Of a stretch of DNA of 64,000 nucleotides, positions 42,251 to 51,283 are shown one piece after another. The stretch spans positions 2,880,001-2,944,000 of the forward strand of contig OZ244960.1 in assembly GCA_965222605.1 (NCBI GenBank), given 5' to 3'. Every line of letters begins with the position of its first letter. Positions within the stretch are counted from its first letter, which is position 1. The notes under the pieces were generated by a model that was not told where the DNA came from, did not search any database, and was given only the letters and a program-made list of their open reading frames with translations. Both the position numbers and the translations under genes were made by a program. Source of the stretch: Candidatus Latescibacterota bacterium (GTDB lineage: Bacteria; Latescibacterota; UBA2968).

Positions 42251-43027
42251 ATGAAAATCGAAAAACCACCATACACAATCACGTCGGACATTCTCTTCCG
42301 CATTGAAGAAATTGGTGAAGCGATTGGCCGCGCAACGGGCATCTCACAGGACTTGCGCCTGCGACGAATCAATCGCATCCTCACGATTCGCGGATCCCTC
42401 GCCATTGAAGGCAATATCCTCAGCGAAGAACAAGTCTCCACAATTCTCGACGGCAAGCCCGTTATTGCGCCATTCAGAGACATACAGGAAGCCCGCAACG
42501 CCATCAAAGCCTACGATCAATACCAGCAGTGGAACCCCGCCAGCGAGACCGATCTGTTGCGTGCCCACGAAGTCCTGATGGCCGGTTTATTAGATGCGCC
42601 CGGACAATATCGCCGCAGAGACATTGGCGTTATGGGCGGAGGCGAAGTCCATCACATCGGCCCACCCCCCATGCGCGTGCCACAACTCATGGCAAACTTG
42701 CTGGCCTGGCTGGGCAGCACCGATGAACACCCGCTAATTGCCAGTTCGATCTTCCACTACGAATTTGAGTTCATTCATCCCTTTGAGGACGGCAACGGAC
42801 GAATGGGACGGCTCTGGCAAACCCTGATACTGACCCGCTGGAAACCCCTGTTCGCCCACATCCCCGTAGAAAGTCTGGTCTATGCCCGACAAAGCGACTA
42901 CTACAAAGCCATCAGACAGAGTTCGTCAGAGGGCGAGAGCATGCCATTCATTGCGTTCATGCTGGAAATTATACTGGATGCAACAACTACATTCGCCCGG
43001 CAATCTCCGCAGGACTCGTGGAAATGA
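42251..43027 (+). CDS. Fic family protein (C-terminal tail frameshifted, tail ends 43098)
   Basis: Intact HPFEDGNGRMGR motif; SLAIEGN inhibitory motif; the YIRPAISAGLVEMTRPESPTARNQKYRLT tail lies in another frame. Confidence 0.88.
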   Translation: MKIEKPPYTITSDILFRIEEIGEAIGRATGISQDLRLRRINRILTIRGSLAIEGNILSEEQVSTILDGKPVIAPFRDIQEARNAIKAYDQYQQWNPASETDLLRAHEVLMAGLLDAPGQYRRRDIGVMGGGEVHHIGPPPMRVPQLMANLLAWLGSTDEHPLIASSIFHYEFEFIHPFEDGNGRMGRLWQTLILTRWKPLFAHIPVESLVYARQSDYYKAIRQSSSEGESMPFIAFMLEIILDATTTFARQSPQDSWK

Positions 43028-43130
43028 CACGCCCCGAATCGCCCACCGCGAGAAACCAAAAATATCGCCTCACCGCACGCGGAAGGGAGATGCAATAATT
43101 TGAATAAATCACTCACAAATCGAAAGCACT

Positions 43131-46100
43131 ATGACCTTAAGCGAACAGCAACATCATAAAAAACTGAAGGAAGAACTTCAGCAAGGCGGAAAACCATCGA
43201 ATCTCGAACATCTCGCGGCTGCACTGCTCGACCGCCTACTTGATGTGCCATTTCCTGTCGCCGAATCTGGCTATCAACATGGCGGGGATGCCGGAACAGC
43301 AGGACATCAAGGACGAAAGCTTCGCCTCGAATGCAAGAAGTATAGTGACACCAGTTCTCTGGGCGAACGGGGATTGCTTGGGGAGATTGATCAAGCACTT
43401 AAACGAGACCAAGCACTTGAAGCGTGGATATTGGTTGCAACACGCCCCGTTGGAGGGACCCTACAGGATTCGCTTGTGCAGAAAGGCGAGAGCATTGGGG
43501 TTCCCATTGTAATTATCGATTGGGCAAAAAATCACGATATAGCAGAACTCGCAGCATTATGCGCGTTCGCTCCTGATGTGGTTGAGGAGCAGTTTTCAAA
43601 AGAGGCTGGCGAAGCAGCTCACGCCCTTCAACCCATATCAGGGAAAGCAATCGAAAGGTTGCGACGCAATCTGCAATCCTGGTATCTGGGGTATGATGCT
43701 TTACGCACACTATCTCACAAGTGTCTCGACGAGATTTGGAACTCTCCCGAAGAGTCGAACGCTAAACTTGGACAAAACGCCGCTGGAGGTGCTCAGGAGA
43801 AGAAGGTCAAACGTAGCACCGTACATGAAGCACTGAATACATGGTGGGAGGGTCCAGCTCATAATGACGCACCAGTTGCCGTCGTAGGCTTGGAAGGCAT
43901 CGGTAAAACGTGGGCAACGCTCGATTGGTTGATAGACAAAAGGGATGAACAACCAATTGTTCTGGTAATACCATCCTCTGCGGTAGTCGCTGGGCACGTC
44001 TCTGAAACCAGTGTGAAGCAAATTCTGGCAGATCGCCTTCACGAAATGAGCAAAGGGATACGGGACAGGGACCATTGGCTTCGCCGTCTCGAAAATCTAC
44101 TGAAGCGTCCGACCAATGAGGGGCCTGTCCTGACAGTCTTCTTCGATGGCCTGATTCAAGAGTCATCCACTCCTTGGCTACACATTCTGAAAATTCTTCA
44201 GGGTAAAACATTTAAGGAACGAGTACGGATAATCGTCAGTACTCGAACTCATCATTTTGAAGAAACGTTGTCGGAGCTCCGCGGCCTTGTCAATTTAGCT
44301 GAGCGGGTTGATGTAGATCTCTATGATACAGCACCGGGAAGTGAACTTGACCAGATGCTTGCGTTCGAGAATCTCACGCAAGCCGACCTACATCAAGATG
44401 TAATTGAATTGGCTCGTAAACCCCGTCTCTTTAAGCTCGTAGTACATTTCCGAGAAGAGTTGGTTGAGGCGGATCAAATAACAGTCCATCGTCTGCTGTG
44501 GGAGTACGGACGCGACTATTTCGGAGTTCGTGCTGACAGATCGTTCAGCCAAAACGAGTGGAGTGACTGGCTTACAGAAATTGCTCAAAAACATCGAACC
44601 GATATCGAATATAAATATTCACTGAGGTCGCTCGGTGAAACCGTAGCCCGTCCCGACCTTAGCAAAAATGAGGTCTATGCAAGGCTCAGCGACATTATTG
44701 ATGGGCGGTTCGCTACCCGTAACTCATCAGGCAATTTCAAAATTATTCCCGCAGTCGTTGCACATGCCCTCGGTGCTGCACTTCTGAATGACCTATATCA
44801 AGAAGCCTCGCCAAATTTAGAAAATCTAAATGCCAAGTTAGCGGAATGGTTTGATCCCATTTCTGGTCTTGATGAAAGAACTGAAATCCTGCGTGCGGCA
44901 GTATCAATCTTAGTGGAGCAGGGACGTGCAGCAGAGTCACTCATTCCTGGAGTGCTCGTCACGGCGTGGTTACAAAGTCAGAATGTTCCCGATGAGCACC
45001 GTCAAGAACTCGCCGATCTCGCTCCGAATTTTCCCGATGCACTGCTTGATACGATTGAGCATTCAGACAGTTACGTTTATGATTCTGCCAGATTTTGGGC
45101 TGTGAACGCGCTACGAAATATTCCCAGGGAAGATACTGCTGCTTTTACCAAAATTATCCAGCGATCTCTGCGCTGGATGAGTATTGTATCCCGTGATGTC
45201 GATATGCAACCAAATGCCAACAAAGAGCGCGACAAGCAACGCTCAGATCGACTGAAAAACTTGATTGGGATTGACTCTTCGCAACGCATTAAAGTCTGCG
45301 ATGTTGAACTTGAGTGGGTTGATCACGACACTGGCTTTGGCGCATGGCAAACTACTGTGCCTTCAATCATTGAAGTTTTTCCGCTGTCTAAAGCCCTGCC
45401 AATTTTCGAGGTAGCTGCAGTTTCCGTAGCAGTCAGAGGCCAAAACGCGAGTTGGGATGGATTGAAGTGGATTTGCCTGCTTAAAGAAGATGATCCCGAC
45501 GACATGGTGAAGGCTTTGAGAGACTTATCCGAAGAAATCCGTCTCCGAACTCCAGAACCGGGCATACATCCGGATCTCCCGAAGCGCGTCGCTGCACTTC
45601 TACTCAAGCTCACCGGACACAAGGCTGACGAAGACAAAGCAGTGGATATTGATCCTGATCTGGACCGCCTGTTCTCTTACGAGAAAGACTATCTACAAAA
45701 GCCTAGCCAAAGCTGGTTTCCGCTGGAACGGCGCCATGCGGAAATTACTCTTGATGATCGAGAATTGCCTTTGACCTATCGCGTGCAACGGACCAAAGAA
45801 TTATGGCTCGACCCGAGCTTCGAGCCTCCAGCCACCTTTGTAGCCGAACTGCTTAAGGCAGCAGAGAGCATAGATGTCGAAAAGCTGGACAGGTATATGG
45901 AGACCACCAGCGAGGATTACGACTTCGAAGTCCTCGAACCAGTGCTTGCGCGTTGTGCGCCTGATCTTCTGGCGGATTTGATTCGTCGGAAAATGCAGAA
46001 TCTATCTACCTCTCCCCCAGAATTTCGACAGTCGAGGGTCATTCAGGCGACCAATCATCTTATTCTGGCAGACGAAGCCGAAATAGAAGCGATGCGGAAG

Positions 46101-47579
46101 TTGCGTTTGATCAGCGAAAATGATAATGAGAATACTGATGCCCATGTCACAGAGAGACTTTTGTTGATGGAGTTTCAAAACCTGGAGGCACAGGCTCAAT
46201 TCGATCTATTACTTCAATCAGACTTGGAAAATTTTTCGTGGGACTTCTGTAAAGTTTTGCGTCGTCCGACCCGGGACGATATTGGCGCATTAATCACCCG
46301 TTACGCGACCTCTTCGTCCTCTAAACAACGTGTTTTGCTTATCTTATTATCGCATTTACCAGTTGAACTCACGGACAACGCTTGGTCATGGGTTGAGCGT
46401 TTCCGGAAACACCAAGACGATGAACTTCGGGGATTTGCATTCCAGATTCTGACTTGTGCCAATCCAATGCGATTTGGTCGGACGCTTGAAGCTGAGGGTT
46501 GGTCTTGGAGTCCGAGTGAAAACATTTATGTAAATCATTGTGGCACGAGTGCTCTTATCAAAGCCACGTTAGATATTCCTTTCGAAGATCTTGTACCACG
46601 ACTGGCACCTTGGCAACTGCTAAAAGCTACTCGCCTGCGCGGAGCTATTCCCACGGAAGTTCAGTTGGCAGCTAAAAAACTCAATCCGCGATCCTTAAAT
46701 AAAAACATCAGAATTGACTCAGAAGATTTCGAGCTAGTTCTGACGCATGCAATGGATACAGTGGAACAATGGCTTGCGGACTATTGCGAGATGACGGAGG
46801 TTTCTCGTTACAATTCCTCAGCCGATAAATTCTTCTTGGCTCTTTGTCAGGCTCTGCTTACTCATGCACCTGAGAAAGGGGCGCAGTTGTGGCATAAGTT
46901 ACGCTCGAACAGTATAACGCGATACATTGGTAAGGCAGGTGTGGAAGACCTCATCCACATGGTATTCAGAGTGCCACACTCACCAGAGGTAATGAAACTC
47001 CGAGAGGAGTCGGTTGGATTAGAATACTTTCACAACGATCAGAAGCTTTTCGAACTCGCAATCGCTGCGTCATTCAATGGGCAATCCCATTGGCTTGACA
47101 GCTTTATTCAAAATGACCGAGCATCAGCACTCGTTTGGCGGCAGAGCCGCGCGGAAGTGCTTGCGGGTTTCACCGTGAACAATTCACTACCTGTTGCTGG
47201 AGCCTGGCCGGATGGCGAGACCCGCACAACCCATGCGAAATTTACTCTGATATCAGCACACCATAGATGGATTGAAGCGTGCGCTCACCACTGGTGGCGA
47301 GCTTTTCTCAACGCTTGCGACCCGGCCGAGGCTTGCGCAGCCTGGGTACTGTTTTTGCACTCTGCTGATCGTCGCGCCTGGGTGTGGATCGGTCAAGACA
47401 TTGAAACCGCTGATCATTCGACAGATCTTTTTCAACGGAAGATAAACCATTTTCGACTTAACCGATCGAACCTGGAGAGAGCCATGAAGAAACGAGAAGG
47501 AAATTTTGGTGACAAACTGGACCAGCACTTTTTGTACCGCAAGACTGTGCGGAGTGCAGGTCCCTGGTTCGGGCGATGA
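43131..47579 (+). CDS. Large multidomain protein: PD-(D/E)xK (Mrr-like) nuclease + P-loop NTPase (STAND/NACHT-like) + long helical C-terminus
   Basis: GGDAG...LECKKY nuclease signature, VVGLEGIGKTW Walker A, VFFDGL Walker B, IIVSTR sensor; 1482 aa. Confidence 0.7.
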   Translation: MTLSEQQHHKKLKEELQQGGKPSNLEHLAAALLDRLLDVPFPVAESGYQHGGDAGTAGHQGRKLRLECKKYSDTSSLGERGLLGEIDQALKRDQALEAWILVATRPVGGTLQDSLVQKGESIGVPIVIIDWAKNHDIAELAALCAFAPDVVEEQFSKEAGEAAHALQPISGKAIERLRRNLQSWYLGYDALRTLSHKCLDEIWNSPEESNAKLGQNAAGGAQEKKVKRSTVHEALNTWWEGPAHNDAPVAVVGLEGIGKTWATLDWLIDKRDEQPIVLVIPSSAVVAGHVSETSVKQILADRLHEMSKGIRDRDHWLRRLENLLKRPTNEGPVLTVFFDGLIQESSTPWLHILKILQGKTFKERVRIIVSTRTHHFEETLSELRGLVNLAERVDVDLYDTAPGSELDQMLAFENLTQADLHQDVIELARKPRLFKLVVHFREELVEADQITVHRLLWEYGRDYFGVRADRSFSQNEWSDWLTEIAQKHRTDIEYKYSLRSLGETVARPDLSKNEVYARLSDIIDGRFATRNSSGNFKIIPAVVAHALGAALLNDLYQEASPNLENLNAKLAEWFDPISGLDERTEILRAAVSILVEQGRAAESLIPGVLVTAWLQSQNVPDEHRQELADLAPNFPDALLDTIEHSDSYVYDSARFWAVNALRNIPREDTAAFTKIIQRSLRWMSIVSRDVDMQPNANKERDKQRSDRLKNLIGIDSSQRIKVCDVELEWVDHDTGFGAWQTTVPSIIEVFPLSKALPIFEVAAVSVAVRGQNASWDGLKWICLLKEDDPDDMVKALRDLSEEIRLRTPEPGIHPDLPKRVAALLLKLTGHKADEDKAVDIDPDLDRLFSYEKDYLQKPSQSWFPLERRHAEITLDDRELPLTYRVQRTKELWLDPSFEPPATFVAELLKAAESIDVEKLDRYMETTSEDYDFEVLEPVLARCAPDLLADLIRRKMQNLSTSPPEFRQSRVIQATNHLILADEAEIEAMRKLRLISENDNENTDAHVTERLLLMEFQNLEAQAQFDLLLQSDLENFSWDFCKVLRRPTRDDIGALITRYATSSSSKQRVLLILLSHLPVELTDNAWSWVERFRKHQDDELRGFAFQILTCANPMRFGRTLEAEGWSWSPSENIYVNHCGTSALIKATLDIPFEDLVPRLAPWQLLKATRLRGAIPTEVQLAAKKLNPRSLNKNIRIDSEDFELVLTHAMDTVEQWLADYCEMTEVSRYNSSADKFFLALCQALLTHAPEKGAQLWHKLRSNSITRYIGKAGVEDLIHMVFRVPHSPEVMKLREESVGLEYFHNDQKLFELAIAASFNGQSHWLDSFIQNDRASALVWRQSRAEVLAGFTVNNSLPVAGAWPDGETRTTHAKFTLISAHHRWIEACAHHWWRAFLNACDPAEACAAWVLFLHSADRRAWVWIGQDIETADHSTDLFQRKINHFRLNRSNLERAMKKREGNFGDKLDQHFLYRKTVRSAGPWFGR

Positions 47580-47673
47580 GATGATCCTCCAGCCTGCCTG
47601 ATGCGAGAAGGGCTACGGGCATTAGATCAGACGTAAAAATGCCTGATGATGAGCGAGGATTTCCAACCCATGG

Positions 47674-49185
47674 TTGATTGACCATTCATGTAACGAGACT
47701 TCCACGAAAGAGCAAACAGCAGTGACTTCAAACTTCTCACTCCACGACCTGACCGCCCTCGGCGAAGGCTTTACCACAGAGTTCAAACGCTCTATGTCTA
47801 ATCTGGGCCGTGAAATCTGTGCCTTTGCGAACGCGACTGGCGGCGTCATTCTGATCGGCGTAACAGACGGCGGCGAAATCGTTGGTGTTGCGAACCACAA
47901 CAAGCTGAAGTCGCAGGTCCAGTCCATCGCGCGATCAGCGGATCCGCCGATAGCAGTGGAAATGGACTCCGTCAATGGCGTACTCTGTATCACAGTGCCA
48001 GAGCAACATGGCAAGCCCTACTCCTTTGGCGGCAAGTATTACATCCGCGAGGGCGCGAGTTCCCAACAAATGTCACGCGACGAAATCCGCGAGTTCTTCT
48101 TCAAGGAAGGCCTGATTCGATTCGACAAGACGCCGTGTCAGAACTTCAAAATAGATAGAGACTTGACACCAGAGGCGTGGGCGCGGTTTGCCGCGAGGGC
48201 GCATATCCCCGATGGAATGGACCCAATCGTGGCATTGGAGAACCTGCACTTGCTCGAAGGTGGGACCATGACCCATGCTGGCGCGTGGCTATTAGCGGAA
48301 GACATCACACGCTACACATTGACAGCGGGCGTGACCTGCGCGGTTCTTCGCGGCGTGACCAATACGCATATCATCGACCTCAAGAACTTCACAGGCGATA
48401 TCTGCGCCATCTACGATGACTGTATAGCCTACATGCAGGCGAAGCTGAACACAGCCCTGATCCCCCATGCTCACGGACGGGACGAACGGCTCGAACTGCC
48501 CGAGGATGCACTCCGCGAGGCAATGGTCAACGCCATCGCGCATCGAGACTACCGCTCCAACGCTAACGTGCAGGTACACATATTCCATGATCGACTGGAA
48601 ATCGTCACACCGGGCGGGTTGCCAGCAGGAATGCGTGAAGAAGATTTGGGAATCAGAAGCGTACCGAGGAATCCACTTCTATTCGGGATGTTCCACCGCA
48701 TGGGAATGGTAGAACAGATCGGCAGCGGTATCCGGCGCATTCGACAGGAATGCCGTGACTACGGGGTAGATGAACCCGTGATTGAGGTCTCAGATAATTG
48801 GGTAGTCACAACATTCAAGCGACAAGTTGAACATGGTGGGCAGATAACCCCGCATGTCACCGAACAAGTGCCCTACAGATATCCTATAAGTCTGGAGCAA
48901 GTCAAGACCAAGCCAGAGTCACAGCCAGAGTCACAGCCAGAGTCACATCAAGCAAGCCTGGAACAGAGAGTTTTGTCACTTCTTATCCAGGCTCCCCTGT
49001 CGAAATCGTCCATCTCAACTGGTCTGGGTCAAAAAACCGTGTCAGGACAGCTCAACAAAGTGATTCGCTCGTTGAGAAAAACCGGGTTGATCAAATACAC
49101 AATTCCAGAAAAACCGGGAAGCCGGTTGCAGAAGTACCAAATTACGGAAAACGGCAGAAACAGATTGGCAGAATTAGCAAATTGA
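47674..49185 (+). CDS. AlbA_2 (Schlafen-like) + HATPase_c_4 + wHTH protein
   Basis: GEGFTTEFK, ICAFANATGG..LIGV.D; ALREAMVNAIAHRDY, PGGL, EQIGSGIRRI; the real start may be GTG 47722. Confidence 0.85.
   Translation: MIDHSCNETSTKEQTAVTSNFSLHDLTALGEGFTTEFKRSMSNLGREICAFANATGGVILIGVTDGGEIVGVANHNKLKSQVQSIARSADPPIAVEMDSVNGVLCITVPEQHGKPYSFGGKYYIREGASSQQMSRDEIREFFFKEGLIRFDKTPCQNFKIDRDLTPEAWARFAARAHIPDGMDPIVALENLHLLEGGTMTHAGAWLLAEDITRYTLTAGVTCAVLRGVTNTHIIDLKNFTGDICAIYDDCIAYMQAKLNTALIPHAHGRDERLELPEDALREAMVNAIAHRDYRSNANVQVHIFHDRLEIVTPGGLPAGMREEDLGIRSVPRNPLLFGMFHRMGMVEQIGSGIRRIRQECRDYGVDEPVIEVSDNWVVTTFKRQVEHGGQITPHVTEQVPYRYPISLEQVKTKPESQPESQPESHQASLEQRVLSLLIQAPLSKSSISTGLGQKTVSGQLNKVIRSLRKTGLIKYTIPEKPGSRLQKYQITENGRNRLAELAN
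48911..48946. repeat. 12-bp tandem repeat x3 (encodes PESQ)
   Basis: agccagagtcac x3. Confidence 0.85.
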
Positions 49186-49212
49186 TGTGTGCATCAACGG
49201 AGAATTGGAAAA

Positions 49213-51252
49213 ATGGATACCCGGCAAGACACGATATTCGGCGACTCCAGCGAGAGCCAGATGTCATTCGGAATGGATGACGGAAGCGGCCTTCGTGTGG
49301 TAAACGCGAAATTCAACTCAGAAAAGAAATTCGACTGGGACGTATTCAATGGATTCGACACCCTGCGGGTGTTGACCTATTCAGTGAGCGTGGATGCCAT
49401 CGTTAGAATGCTGGATAAATACTCTTTCACGACCTTCGAGTGCGTATTCGGCTATGAAGGCATTATCCGCGACATGAAAGACATTCTCGCATTTCAGAAG
49501 ACAGTAGTCGGCAATACCCGTGCCGCAATCATGGGCCTCAAAGACGAACGGCACATACAAATTCTCGAAAAAGTACATGCGGGACAAGCCCACTTCAGAG
49601 TCTTGAGAAAGTCCATAGCCCACGCAAAGCTCTACCTGCTATCCAATTCAGATGGCCGAAAACGAGTAATAATCGGATCCGCCAACCTGTCGGAACGGGC
49701 ATTCTCCGGTGACCAACCAGAGACACTGGTCATGTTCGACAATGATGCGAATGCCTGGGAACACTACAATAATATGTTCAACACCATCCGAGACTCCGCC
49801 TCAGACGAAATCGAGCTACCCGATGAGAAAATAACGCGAGCAGAAATAGAAATTCGGGAAACTCCGTCTATGAACGATGGACCGGCCACACTCATAATTG
49901 AGCCACCTGCACCCGATGAAGTCGAAACCTCCTTTCCGGTTCAGGTAGAGCGCGTAGAAAAGGTCCGTGCCGCTCTCGGCCCTGCGCTATCATCGGTCAT
50001 GCCGCCCATACGCAATGGCAAACAACGCATCACCCAAAACATCAAGCGCCAGATAAATCGCGTGGTCCTCGTCAAGTCTGCCGAGGAAGTCGATACCCGC
50101 AACTTCCATATCGACAGAACCACGCGCCAGGCCACCCTATCGGGCGAGATATTCCCACTAAAATGGGATGCCGATTCGGTAAAAACAGATGCGCGTCTGC
50201 TCCTGGAATACTTCGAGAACTACGCTGCCTTTGAGGGAGATGTAAAACGGCTGCAACGGGATTACTTCACCTTGATGGCGTGGCTGTACTTCTCGCCCTT
50301 CATGTGCGACATGCGGACACTTGCCATGGTGCGAGACAGCGATGTGGTCCGTTTTCCTTCTTTTGGTATCGTCTTTGGAAAATCCAACTGCGGCAAAACC
50401 AGCCTGATTGACACGCTCATGACATCCATGTTCGGTTATGCCAACACAGTGGATAAACGAAGTTTCACCACATCCCGGCTTCGCGGATTGCAGGCGTCGT
50501 ACAAGCGGTTTCCGGTTGTGTTTGATGATATAGGGCAACGTGCCTTCAACCAGTATGGCAAAGATATGATTAAAGAGGAATTACAGCCCCTTGTTTCTGA
50601 ATATCCGTGCTTCATACTCGCAATGAATGCCGAACCCCAATCATTTCCCGACGAAATAGTCAAGCGCAGCCTGATGATATACACGACGACTGCGCTGCCC
50701 TCTCACGATGAGGAAATCCGGCAGCGTTTGCAAGGTGATGTACAGAAGATGCGCCGCGGTCTAACGGGACATCTCTATAAGCGATATCTCGCTGAAATTA
50801 TGGAACGCATTGACCCCGGACATCTTCCGGATGATTGGCTGGCGATTTCATCTCAGGTTATAAGCGACATTATATCAGAGGGAATAGGCAAAACACCGCC
50901 CGAATGGTGCCGCAAAATAACCTGGCAAAACTATGCGGGAAAGCGATACGACAGAGTTAAAGCAGCCCTCGAAAGTCTATTGCGTCAGGCGTCCTATGTA
51001 AAAAAAGAAGGCGATGCATCCAAAGGATGGACAATTGACGGAGAGAAAATCATCGTCTGGGAACCACGCGATGCCTTTGGGAGACGTGCATTCAACTGGG
51101 AAGATGTTCCCTCTACACTAATTGACCAGGACGCCAGCCACGGCGACACGACGATTTTGCACAAGACCAGCTTGCAGAAATTTATAGGCCACACGCTCTA
51201 CCCGCCTGGTAAACTGAATAAAATAAAGAGTTTGTTCAGTTATCGTTCCTGA
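49213..51252 (+). CDS. PLD-family (NgoFVII-like) nuclease fused to a P-loop NTPase domain
   Basis: HAKLYLL...IIGSANLS..A....E HxK motif; GKSNCGKT Walker A; VVFDD Walker B. Confidence 0.75.
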   Translation: MDTRQDTIFGDSSESQMSFGMDDGSGLRVVNAKFNSEKKFDWDVFNGFDTLRVLTYSVSVDAIVRMLDKYSFTTFECVFGYEGIIRDMKDILAFQKTVVGNTRAAIMGLKDERHIQILEKVHAGQAHFRVLRKSIAHAKLYLLSNSDGRKRVIIGSANLSERAFSGDQPETLVMFDNDANAWEHYNNMFNTIRDSASDEIELPDEKITRAEIEIRETPSMNDGPATLIIEPPAPDEVETSFPVQVERVEKVRAALGPALSSVMPPIRNGKQRITQNIKRQINRVVLVKSAEEVDTRNFHIDRTTRQATLSGEIFPLKWDADSVKTDARLLLEYFENYAAFEGDVKRLQRDYFTLMAWLYFSPFMCDMRTLAMVRDSDVVRFPSFGIVFGKSNCGKTSLIDTLMTSMFGYANTVDKRSFTTSRLRGLQASYKRFPVVFDDIGQRAFNQYGKDMIKEELQPLVSEYPCFILAMNAEPQSFPDEIVKRSLMIYTTTALPSHDEEIRQRLQGDVQKMRRGLTGHLYKRYLAEIMERIDPGHLPDDWLAISSQVISDIISEGIGKTPPEWCRKITWQNYAGKRYDRVKAALESLLRQASYVKKEGDASKGWTIDGEKIIVWEPRDAFGRRAFNWEDVPSTLIDQDASHGDTTILHKTSLQKFIGHTLYPPGKLNKIKSLFSYRS

Positions 51253-51283
51253 CATCACTTAAAAACAAAAAAGGAAATGACTC

